Below, one piece after another: positions 1-11,200 of a stretch of DNA of 64,000 nucleotides (position 1 is the stretch's first letter; each line of letters begins with the position of its first letter). Position numbers and translations under genes: made by a program. Under the pieces are notes generated by a model. The model was given only the letters and a program-made list of their open reading frames with translations, was not told the origin of the DNA and searched no databases. Origin of the DNA: Amphiscolops sp. MND2022 (taxonomy: Eukaryota); contig OZ076410.1 in NCBI GenBank assembly GCA_964187785.1, forward strand, positions 50,778,001 through 50,842,000. Direction: 5' to 3'.

Positions 1-2576
1 TCTTTCTCCTCAAATCCTCTAGCGACTAATCGAGCTTTCTTTCGTCTGTTATCCTTGATAGTTAGAACCCAACGTGTAGTGACACGCTGTTGGCCAGTAT
101 CGGGAACGATCTGGAAAACGTCATGATTTTTCCAGCTTTCAATTTCGTCAAGTTTGGCAGGATTAAAGTCATCAAATTCGATGGCTAAGAGTGCCTCGGG
201 ATTATCAATATAAGACCACGACTGAATATCACCTCCAAAGTCTACGGCACCAACCTCACCATCCAACTCCTCAGGTGACGTGTACCTCACATTAAGCCAA
301 TCCTTGTGTTTTCCTCCAGCCTTACCAGCACGGCCGATGACAGTAGCTTCATAGTCTTTACCAGTACTATAGTCGGAAACAGTTTTGAAACGAATAGTTT
401 CGTTCTTCTTGGGAAACCTACTGCCAAGAGCCGTCTGAGAGGCATCCGAAACTTCATCAGCGACACAAGTGGATGTACTAATTCGCATCGCCTGATTTTC
501 ATCAGCTTCCATTGTTTCCTGATGATCTTGTGGGATAAGAGAATCGATTGTACCACTTTCGACTTCATCACCAGATTCGTTTGTTTGTTCTTCCTCTTGA
601 GTGCAAATAGGGAAAATGTCTGATGCTTCTTGATTCTCCTGTGAAGGAGACAAACCACGAACACGTGACTCGTGTACCCGCAAAACATTTCCTGCATGTT
701 TCAAAACAACAGTACGACTCTCAGTCCCAAGGACAACTGCGGGCCCGTGCCATGTGTCTGCCGTCCGTTTTCTATACAAAACGTGTTGACCGTTTACAAA
801 AGGACCCCCATAGATACGGGTCTTGCTCTTCAAAGCCCGTTTGAGCCGGTCACTACTCTCGGACGCTAGATACTGCTGTCGGCTACTTGCAAGAGCGACG
901 ATGTGGTCCCTAAGTAATTGAGACGTCGTTACGTTCTCTAGGGCCGGTGTTGTAGCGTTTAGAACCGTCGGTATGGTTGGATTCTCACCAAAAACAAATT
1001 TTTGCGGGGAATAACCATGGTTGTTCAAGAGAGTATTCTTGGCAAAACACGCGTATTTTATGAGAACATTTTTGGTCAGATGAAGCGAATTATCGGCAAG
1101 AAGTTTCAGATAAGTTTCAGTTAATGTGGCATTGTGTCGTTCGCAAATGCCGTTCGACCAAGGACTATTGGCTGCAGTATATTTGACAACAATGCCAAAG
1201 TTTTCGGCCATCGATCTAAACTCCGAATTATCAAATTCCCCTCCGTTGTCTGTCAAGGTGGATTCCGGAACGCCAAACAGCCAGACCCACTCATTAATGA
1301 AACCTTCAATTACAGTTTCGGGTTTCTTGTTGTTGATAATTATAGCCCTGCTATATCGAGTGAAAAGGTCTATGATATGTAGATAATACTCTCCATCGCT
1401 CATCTGGTGCAGATCCATTGCTACTGCTGCGTTGAATCTGGTCGACAAGGGCAGGCATGTTGCAGGCTTGTTGAAAGGTCGTCCAGAACGTAAACATATC
1501 TCACAGTTCTTGCACACTTTTTCAATTAACTTAACGACGTCGGCAGGAATTGGGCAAATGTTTCTTAGGAAACTTCGAAGTTTATCGCCCGAGCAATGAG
1601 CAAACTGCCGATGTAACTTTGTAATATCTTTTTCACTGATGTTCAAGGGATCAGTAGCGCTCAATAAGGTAATGCAATCAGATGCAACAAACAATGGCTC
1701 CATTAAGGGTAATCCAATGAGGCCTGTGCTCAGTTTCACCAGTTTAATACTTTTCCCGCAGTCCATAATCTGAATTTCAGCACGATGTATATCAAGAACG
1801 GCATGCAGCTTTTCTAACGACTTGAGACTTATCAACAGTGGAAAGTTTCCAGGAATGACTTCAACTTCCAAGAAACAACCAGAGCCCTCTCCAAAAATTG
1901 GAATAAAACACACTTTGGAGCTCCGGATACGCGCGCCATCACCAAAATTTATTGACGCTCCACTCTTTTCAGAGGAAACCATTTTCTGAGCTTGTGAGGG
2001 CAACTGCCTGTAGAATGAAGCAAACCAAGCATCTCCCGCAACAGTTTTAGTACAACCACTATCAACTATTCCCACATTAGCGGGTTCTACTCTAAGCGAC
2101 TGGACGGCTGAAGCGAATGTAAAATAGGTTTGCTGGTCATTAGTCTTGCCTTCCGGAGTAGCTTTCACGTTCGTCCCTTCAGTCTCTGGACAGTTGCGAA
2201 TGAGTTGGAAGCGCGATCCACATCGGAAACACTGACACATTTTGCCTGCTTGGTTGAGTGGGTTTGTGCCATTCTCCGAATTTCTACCAGCTCCAAAGTT
2301 GCCTCCTCTGCCTCGCTTAGTAAAATTCCCACGGTATCTGCCTCGATTGCTCCAGAAAGCATAATCTGAATTAGAAGCTTCATTGTCGACGGCAGCAAAT
2401 ACCGGTTCAGCTTTGACCACGGGACCAAGCAAGCTTTGTTTTGAAGATTCACCACCGAAAATTCGTTTCAACGAAGCCTTCATATTTTCATAATCTAGCG
2501 TGCTGGTAGCTGAAAGCACCATACGCCTTTCAACATCGGTTATCCCTGCCGAATACAGTAGTTTACAAGCAAGCAT
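1..2576 (-). mobile_element. Ty1/copia gag(C-half)-protease-integrase-RT open frame, running off the window edge (GalEa/Hydra-like architecture)
   Basis: Manual translation from ATG 2576 shows no stop: MLACKLLYSAG..., knuckle CFRCGSRFQLIRNC, protease IVDSGCTKTVAG, integrase HHCC (KLHRQFAH...CKNCEIC) and DDE core (MDLH, TDNGGEF, SNGICERHN), then RT start RWVLTIK...KARLVARGFEE. PR-IN-RT order is diagnostic of copia. Absent from the ORF track because its stop lies outside the window. Confidence 0.93.
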
Positions 2577-2679
2577 TGGTAGCAGGAGGTAGTTGAAAGA
2601 AGAAAAAGACGTCGGTTCATTGCTAGAAAACATTTAGCCCTTCATGCGTTTTCACATTTGTCGGACATCAAAACATCGG

Positions 2680-3180
2680 AACTTGCTAATTGGGGATTCA
2701 CAGATCAAAAGCTTAGTTTTCCCAAACTTTTGCATCATATCAATCTCTGGAGGTAGAGTGTCACATGCGGAACTTCATCCCTCAACAAGGAGAATTTGAT
2801 ACAATTACACTTTTTATTGGAGCGAACGATCTGTTCAACGGAGAACTGCCTTCAGCTAGCATCCCAAAAGACGTAGCCCAAGAAATCTCAATACTTGCTG
2901 ACGAACTAGTACCGCTTGCTAGAAAAGTTTTCGTTATTGGACTTCCACCCAGACTAAAACAGTCCGAACGAACCAAAGCCGTTAATTCTGTTTTGGCTGC
3001 TGAAGAGAAAGCCTGGAAATTCCGAGGGATATCCGGTGTCATCTATCGTGATAAGAAACAAACTGAGAAGGACAACGTGCATCTCACCGAGAAGGCATTA
3101 AGTGGACTGAAATCAGTACTGAAAAACAAAGTGCTCTACAAGCAATTCTGTGCTGAGATTTCTAAAGAGTCTCACCCACA
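2680..3180 (+). pseudogene. SGNH/GDSL hydrolase-like coding remnant, copy 1
   Basis: LLIGDSQ (block I, 2692-2700), LFIGANDL (block III) and KDNVHL (block V DxxH); a frameshift near 2765 separates the Ser motif from the rest; truncated at ~3180 by the copia sequence. Confidence 0.7.
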
Positions 3181-3189
3181 GAATTTTTT

Positions 3190-3417
3190 TGTGGAAACAT
3201 TTGTAAATGCGGTTATTGGCATAATTGAATTAGTTTTTTGTAAAATAAACCTTCCGACTGTCTCCTTTTCAGGATTCTATACGGATAGGGAATTATTTAC
3301 GCGATTACTCCCACTGGTTCCTTCTCAGGAATCTACGGGAACTAGAAAAGATAATTGTTACATTCTGACAGGTTCCTTTTCAGGAATCCTTAGGATTTTT
3401 TTTGGGTCACTAGCAGA
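3190..3417 (+). repeat. Putative copia 5' LTR/leader
   Basis: Starts TG where SGNH homology stops, contains AATAAA at ~3244 and precedes the gag ATG. The partner LTR is outside the window, so boundaries are unconfirmed. Confidence 0.4.
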
Positions 3418-3823
3418 TATGACCGGCGCAAAGTTCAAAGCCCCGCCGCCTTGGAAAGACGGCAAGGCGTTTGAGAAATGGGATGAAGAAGTAAAATTGT
3501 GGCAGCTTGTTACACACCTCCAGAAAACACAACAGGCACCAGCATTGGCACTAAGTTTAGAGTGTCGGAAGAGAGAGGTCGCTCTGCAATTAACTCCTAC
3601 ACAGTTGAGCGGTGAAGATGGAGTGACCACATTACTTGATCATCTAAAGACTGTATTCGCTAAGAATGAAACGGATCAAGTTTATGAGGCTTACCTTCAA
3701 TTTGAAAAGATATCTCGGGGTGACCTAACCATGAACGACTATATACTAGAATTTGAGAAGGTTAATCACCGATTGCAACAGATGAAGATTGCTCTCCCAT
3801 CTGTTTTGCTTGCTTGTAAACTA
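3418..3823 (+). mobile_element. Copia gag N-terminal half, inverted relative to its C-half
   Basis: MTGAKFKAPPPWKDGKAFEKWDEEVKLWQLVT...QQAPALALSL...LPSVLLACKL; joins in frame to the minus-strand ...LACKLLYSAG at 2575-2559. Confidence 0.88.
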
Positions 3824-3962
3824 CCTCCTGCTACCAATGTAGACAATACAAGGGGGATATTGAAGTTAAATTAAATAAGCCCCGCCAATCATTGCTACGA
3901 CTGAAACAATATAAATATGTTACTAATATGATATTAAAAAGGTAGTAACAAAGTAATGTCAA

Positions 3963-4289
3963 CATGAGATACATTCGGAGCTCTTTGCGCAACTTGTCCT
4001 TTGAAGTTGAGTAATTTAAGAAGAACTTCCCAACGTCAACCCAAGCAATTGGGTCCTGAGCATGCAGATCCTGGAAAGCCGCGTCTAAGTTTCGGAGAAT
4101 CAAAATAAGATCTAGACTTGCCTTTAACGAGTTTTTTTCTAATGACTCATTTTTGCAAAGTCATCAATTGGCGCATTATGGATGGTACCTGTGAACAAGC
4201 TGGTCCATTCTGGCCATTCAAAAGGGTCTCCATGAAGTTCGGATAATTTTAATTTAGGTAAACTTGTTTGAACAAAATGTACAGGTTAC
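3963..4289. repeat. ~326 bp direct duplication, second copy at 5722-6047
   Basis: Near-identical sequence from CATGAGATACATTCGG to TGTACAGGTTAC at both positions. Confidence 0.92.
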
Positions 4290-5090
4290 TGTACAGGTAC
4301 AGCTGGTCTGAAGGAAAGAAATTCACTTTCTATTTTGAATAAGGGTTTCGCGAATTCATATTTGGCTTCGGTTTTTCATTGCCTTGCTGAAGCAAGGCGT
4401 TTCTTTTCGGAAAAGTAATTCCAGTGTTTTTTCTCTGGGGTGACTTACTCGCACTTAGCGATTGTAGATTTTTGTGGTCAAATATTCGGAAGTTCAGAGA
4501 CGGTTCACTCGACTCACCTACATTTTCTACTCTGCTAGATTCCTTCGGTTGCGAGAAGCACTTATTGAAGTCTTCAACTCCTTGGTCGAACCAACTTTCG
4601 ATTTCGCTGTTGTCCTCCAGGGTACGAGATATCAGGCTATGACATATTGAAGAAGCACGAATTGATCCTTCCGCCTCTTCAGATTGCAATTGCTGCTTTT
4701 CAAAAGCTTCCTTACTCTTCAGTTCAGCGACATCCGATTCTGCTTTCAACTATTGGAGCCTCTTCTGCATTTCGACCTCTTCTTTCCATAGCCCTTTTTC
4801 TTCAGTTCCTCCAAATCTACCTCCATTTACGTGTTTTCTTTAGTTCCAACTCACGCTCTCTTTTTTCTATTTCCATTTGTGATTTTTGATCAATCAATTC
4901 AGCTTGTATCTCCAATCGTCTTCGTTCGCTTATTTTCGAAGCATTGGAGCCTATTATTGAACCGGCATTTTTTGCTGGCCTACTCATAGCTAATGTTCTA
5001 CTAGGTGAGTAGTCTGCCAAAGAAAATCTTTTTGGGAACCTGGAGTAGCCGATTGAGGATAACAAGATAGGTTATCGAATCGCCCATCAA
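4110..5090 (-). mobile_element. BEL/Pao gag fragment (coiled coil + DUF1759-like start), decayed
   Basis: Minus translation LPKLKLSELHGDPFEWPEWTSLFTGTIHNAPIDDFAKMSH*KKLVKG, with a Glu/Lys-rich coiled-coil region upstream. Confidence 0.8.
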
Positions 5091-5376
5091 TTTTGAGGCA
5101 TAGTCCCGATTGATTTGCTTCTTTAAGCAATTTCAATCGTTTGTCAAATGTTTCATTCGCATTTGTTTTTTTTCAAAGCATGAGAACGGTTCTCATCGTC
5201 TTTTGAAAACTCAGAACTTTCCATACCAGAAACTTCAGGCGCTTCTGTGTTATCCAATGTATCGTTTGCCGCTGCATTGCAGCTATCAACATAATTCAAA
5301 GCGGCAGTCAATGCCTGCTGAATAATAATGTTCAGTTCTGTGACGATGTTTCAGCGTTTGATAGAAGGTAAAGGCA

Positions 5377-5862
5377 TCAGATTTGAGAAGGTTGCGTGTA
5401 CTTTCGAGACTTTTTATCTAAAATTGCTTTGTTGTCTTGAAGTTTTTGAATAGCCATTTTCACTCTACTCGACTTCACGCCCTGCTCAATTAGTTTATCT
5501 ATTGTAGTTTTTTCAGCGGTAATTACTCGTTTGGGGTCGTGAAACTGATCGCAGAGTTTGGAATACTTCAAAATGTCATTTTCAGACTTTAAGTGGGAGG
5601 AATCCCTACTCACGCTCCTGAGACCTTCGAATGTTTTGCTCCAAAGCTCAAAACGTTTTTCGAGTTCGCTTTCCATTTTGCACAAGATCTCCATACGGTT
5701 GCCTTGAAACTTATCTTTCAGCATGAGATACATTCGGAGCTCTTTGCGCAACTTGTCCTTTGAAGTTGAGTAATTTAAGAAGAACTTACCAACGTCAACC
5801 CAAGCAATTGGGTCCTGAGCATGCAGATCCTGGAAAGCCGCGTCTAAGTTTCGGAGAATCAA
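5377..5862 (-). other. Unassigned 161-aa ORF, probably TE-derived
   Basis: Charged, helical-looking ORF (MILRNLDAAFQDLHAQDP...) abutting a BEL gag piece; no motif recognised. Confidence 0.3.
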
Positions 5863-6330
5863 AATAAGATCTAGACTTGCCTTTAACGAGTTTTTTCTAA
5901 TGACTCATTTTTGCAAAGTCATCAATTGGCGCATTATGGATGGTACCTGTGAACAAGCTGGTCCATTCTGGCCATTCAAATGGGTCTCCATGAAATTTGG
6001 ATAATTTTAATTTAGGTAAACTTGTTTGAACAAAATGTACAGGTTACAACAACAAAAAATAAGATCTGAGACGCGTTTTTCGTGTTCTATCCATTCCTTC
6101 ATTGTTGAATTTTTCAAGCAGTCAGTAAAAGAGACCTTTCGTTCAAACCCGCTTTTTGAGGAAGTCATGTATGTGGGGTCCCAAAAACTGCTTACAATTG
6201 GTTTTGCCATTATCTTTTCTTTTGCAAATCGAATCGAATCGCACACAGTGCCTTCCCGGGTAGAGGCACCAAAACTTTACGTCTGCAAGGTAGATCAACT
6301 AACCAGGCTTTACGACGGCCCTGGTCTTCA

Positions 6331-6900
6331 CTATGGAACAACCTCTTCTAATAATTTGTCCAGGAAAGACTTGCAGGTTCCTTTGCACTCGAGAATTTGC
6401 GAAAATTCTTCCAATTCAGGACAAAAACGTTTGTAAAGAAGTTTAGATTTTAGAATATAACCAACTCCACTTAAAGCGTTAGAGCTAAAATGGACGACAT
6501 TCTTTTTTGAGTAATTGTCACTAAAAATCTGTCTAGAAATACCTCTGAATTTCCAGCCTTCTTTTAGCGAAGCTAATAAGGCAATCACAGTTTTGGATCT
6601 CTGGGGTAGAGAATGGCGTAATGGTATGCCAAGAACAAAACACTTTTAACTTTGGTAAGTAAGAAATCAGCAAGATCTGATAACTCTTGTGTTAAATCTT
6701 GTGCTGATTTTGTGGAAGGGACGTTAATGCAAAAAAGATCGATACCTCTAATGAACAGGACAACAGTATCGTATCTGTCCTTGTTCGGGATAAAATTGTA
6801 AACGTGTCATACATAAGCTACTGGTAACGCGAAGACGTTGAAACTAGCTATATCAAGTTCTTCAGCTTGACTATCGGCAATAAGCAAACTTCGCGACCTC
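6331..6900 (-). pseudogene. SGNH/GDSL hydrolase-like coding remnant, copy 2
   Basis: LLIADSQ...NFIPNKDRYDTVVLFI...GWKFRGISRQIF...NVVHFSSNALSG...KLLYKRFC aligns with copy 1 (NFIPQQGEFDTITLFI...AWKFRGISGVIY...DNVHLTEKALSG...KVLYKQFC); carries stops and frameshifts. Confidence 0.7.
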
Positions 6901-8212
6901 GACGACTGAAATAGATGACATCGCATCTATTTCTTTGGTTGGAAAAACTATTAGGCACAACAAACAAGCGTTCGTAGTCGGTGACGCATTTACTGCATCT
7001 TTGACTGTTACTTGTGTTTTCTATGCAACATGAAATTCTCTAACCTCTGAGAAACAATTTGTTTTCTAGTACATCTACTTTATCTACTTTCACGTTCACA
7101 AGAACAATAACGGAACCTGTCGATCCGATGACGATGAAACGACCACAAGATTGAAGCAATAACCTCAGTTGAAGATGGAATCTCGAATCAACTTGTTTTT
7201 ACTAGGCAATAATCAATTGGTCAAAATAAAATCCAATCTATGCTCGAAATTGGTGAAATTTCCAACGATCAATTTGCAAAATATGCCTTCTTGAGGTATT
7301 CGAATCGAAAGTAAGATCAACTGTTCGGTAAGGTACTTAGTTCTCTCCTTCTCGTCGGTTTTTAGCCAGATTGGGCACCATAAAGGCTCTTCTAAGATAC
7401 ACAAAGTTAGCAAAATGCCCACTTTCGAGGCGATAAAGTATATAAAGATATTTGTATATCAACATCTGAAGCATACATTTACCTGATTTTGTGGTCCATG
7501 ATTATATTTGTTATTTGCCTTCAGAGAATCTATCAGGTCACAAAAGCTCTATCGGCTTCCGCGTGGATTAAATATAACCAAACATGGCCTAATGAAAGCT
7601 TAAATACACAAGCAGAAGGATAAAATACCAAATTTGTACTAGATTGGATGAAATGTCTGATTTTGAACCAGAAAAATTTTTCAAATTTTTGCCTTTGAAT
7701 TTCGGTTTTTTGACCTAAATGGTTAAGTTGGTTAAAAAATATGTCGGTTCCCGACCATCCTAGAGTGTGAATTCTCGAAACCCAATCTTTTACAGCCATC
7801 ATTTAGGAGCTATTCTAATGTACTTTTCAAAATGCTATTTTTCAGTCTTTTTTCGAGGCCCCAAAAGGACTTTCTTTACAAAAATGGTCATACCTTTCCA
7901 AAATTCCGTTTTTGGCGAAATCCACTTTTCTCAAAAGTCCTTGACCTATGAAGAAAAGCAACCCCACATATTTCCACAAGACATTGTGCAACAAAACCAA
8001 ATAACATGCTGTTGTTAATAAACGCCCCCGCACAGCGGACCGCACGAAGAGTGAATAGACGCGTAGCAGTGGCATCGAAAAAAAATTCTGAAGAATGGGG
8101 CGACCGGGATATTAACGATTTCAAGTTTTTTTTATCAGACTTTCTGAAAATTTGCAAAAACTCACAGGTCAATTAGAATCCATTATTTGGATGACACAAA
8201 ACAATGCATAAC

Positions 8213-11200
8213 TGTTCATGCCGTTCTCTCTCAATTCTACGTTACTAAAAAGTCACGTTTTACCAAACCAGTTTTGGTGGCCACCGTTAACAACTCTCAT
8301 TCGAAAGAACAACGAACCGATGCTTTTTGGGGAAAAAAGGCTTGCCGAATTACCTCAAAACAAGCTTCATTAAAAAATTGCTGAAGTTCTAACATTTAAC
8401 TTCTCGGCTCAAATTCAAAGCTCAAAGCAAAGTGATAACTTAAAACAATTAAACGCCAAGAATTGAAAGTCAAGAATTCCATTCATTCAAAGTATTTCTA
8501 TTCTAAGCACCCCATCTTAAACAACAACAAAGCTACCCAAACTGGACCTGCCGACATTCTCTGGAGATTACCTCACCTGGACATCTTTTTTCGCCCTTTA
8601 AAGGAGCAGTTCACAACAACACAACTTCTCGACAGCCAGAAACTGCAATATCTCAAAACGTCTTCGAAGGGCGACGCAGCAAAACTTTTTACATTGGTAA
8701 CAATTATTGATGCTAACTATACAGTCGCTCTAAAAATGTTACGAGACCGATACCAAAACAATCGCATGATATTGCGCGCTCATGTGAACGCAATTTTTGT
8801 CCAGGAGCCACTCACCAAGGAAACAGCCAAAGACTTTGGACAACTTTTGGAAACAGTAGAAGAACACCGCTTAGCTCTGGATAATATGGGACAACCAGTC
8901 AATCAACAAGACGTTTTTCTGGTTCAACTCATAACAGAGAAACTGCCATCAGAAAAATTCTGTGAACTTTCAACTCCTGGAACAGAATCACAGACCTACG
9001 ACAACCTCAAGAAGTTTCTCGATGCCAAATGCCAGGCCCTGGAAGCAGCTACCGTCTCAACGCCGCCAACTTCAACTTTAACACAACCCCGCATTACAAC
9101 TCGTCAGAACAGTCAGCCTTCCTAATCATCACAACGGAGCTACAACATCAACGTCGCAACATCCGAGTCAAATGCAAGTGTTGCAATAACACTCGCAAGC
9201 TACACCTTTGCCTGAAGTTCAAGGATCTCACTGCCTCGAATCAAGCGGCAACTGTCAAATTGAAAAAACTCAACTTCAATTGCTTGAATGCAGGTCATCG
9301 ACATCAAGACTGCAGATGTCACCCTGCCGTCAATGCAACTTGAAGCATCATACACTTTATCTGCAATCCTCTCGACCAACTAGATCCGTCAACAACACAG
9401 TAAAAGACAACAACCAGAGTCTCGCCGCTGAAGATTCCGTTGGCACAACGCCGTCGTCACCAGAAAATCAAATCATCGCCACCTCGATTTCTCAACAAAG
9501 AACCGGAAACATTTTCCTGCAAAATGCAATGATTCCCATCTTAGCAAATGGTGAAACCACCTATTGCCGAGCTTTTTTGGATTCAGGTTCACAAAGCAAC
9601 CTGATCACTGATATTCTAGTCAAGCGACTAGGTCTACCACTTCGAAAACATCAAACGCGAATCTTTGGTCTGGGCGCCATGGATGAGCTACATCATCAAG
9701 AAACGACTGATTTCCTCCTCACACCAAAGAACGAGACAGCCATCCCATTGCGAGCCTTTGTAAAGCCAAAGCTCACTAACGTCCTACCTTCATCCACAGT
9801 CCCAACAACGTCTTGGAAGCATGTCTCAAACCTCAGACTTGTCCACCCAACATTCAACAAACCATCAGGAATTTGTATGATCTACCTTAATTCTCTGTTC
9901 GGTTCGGTTGTCATTGGAGGTTCGCCTTCAGTGCCAATTCAATCGCTCACAACATGCTTCAGTTGAATGAAATTGATTCCAGAAGATCCGTTGAAGAAAT
10001 TTTGGGAGATGGAACAGCTTCTACAAGGTCGCCATTTCACCTAAGAACAAGCCTGTGAAGAACACTTCCAAAAAACGACCAAACGTAACCAAGACGGACA
10101 ATTCGTTATCAAACTACCCTTCAAGGAAAACGCCACACCTCGGCGATCCCTTCCAACAAGCGAAACGCCGCCTCGACACACTCCTCCGACGACTCATTAG
10201 AGATGAATGTCTCTACGCCAGATACGCAGCCTTCATCGAAGACTCTCTGGATCTGTGACACATGGAGAGGATCCCGGACTCCGAAACTCCCATCGAATCC
10301 AGCAAAAGCTTTACCTGCCACACCACTGAAGGAATCAAGCACCACAACAAAACGTGTAGTTTTCGACGCTTCCGGAGTGTCACTCCACGATAATCTGATG
10401 CTCGGATTTTTTTGACAGCTTGATCAGATTGCGATTCAACAAAGTGGCTTTGTCAGCCGACATCGCCAAAATGTACCGCCGATTACTCCTCGATAAATCT
10501 ATCCGGAAACAGCAGACACCAAGCACATAGACGCCGAAGAATACTTCATCACAGCACTTGGTGTAGTCTGAAACCAAAACACGTCTTCACCTACAACGCC
10601 AATCCATCAGAAGGATCCCCGCAAACCAAACGACAAATCCTATCCGAAGTTACTCGCTTCTTCGACCCCTTGGGTCTCCTCTCGCCAATCGTCATCCAAT
10701 TGAAGTCATTTATCCAAGCACTTTGGTTGGATCAATTGAGATGGAATGACCCACTCAATCAGAAGTTGTCGCAACAGTACCAGAACCTCCGTCAGCATCT
10801 CGAATCAATCGAAGAAGTCCAGATTCCAAGGTGCGTTCTGGGTAAGAATCCGCCTTTCGAAGAAGAACCTCTACAACTTCACGTCTTTTGTGACACCTCA
10901 ATAACCGCCTACGACGCAACCGTGTACATCTGTCAACCCATTTGTCAAGGACACTTCTGGCCAAAACCACAGTCGTCCCTATCAAAACTACTTGTCTTCC
11001 TAACAAGAACTCTGTGCAGCTCTTTTGGGAGCACAATTGGTTGAATTCATCAGGAACGCTCTCGAAGAGGAAATAAGTTCGAATCTTCAAGTCTTTGCTT
11101 GGGATGATTCCACAGTCACTTTGGCTTGGATAAAAAATCATCCGAGTCGTAGGAAAACTTTCGTCGCCAACCGCGTGGCAAAGATCCAAAAATCAGTCCC

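Noticed and set aside
287-1386. Track ORFs 287-697, 306-623, 1126-1386 and 1134-1382 as genes
   Set aside because: They are alternative-frame or antisense shadows of the long copia pol frame.
3370-3417. Canonical copia PBS (iMet type)
   Set aside because: Neither TGGTAGCAGAG/TGGTATCAGAG nor GGTTATGGGCCCAG is present, so the primer and LTR end remain undetermined.
7213-7422. Next GGA exon after a strong-looking acceptor
   Set aside because: The phase-1 translation (EEPLWCPIWLK...) has no similarity to the expected GAT helix; it may be decayed LINE sequence.
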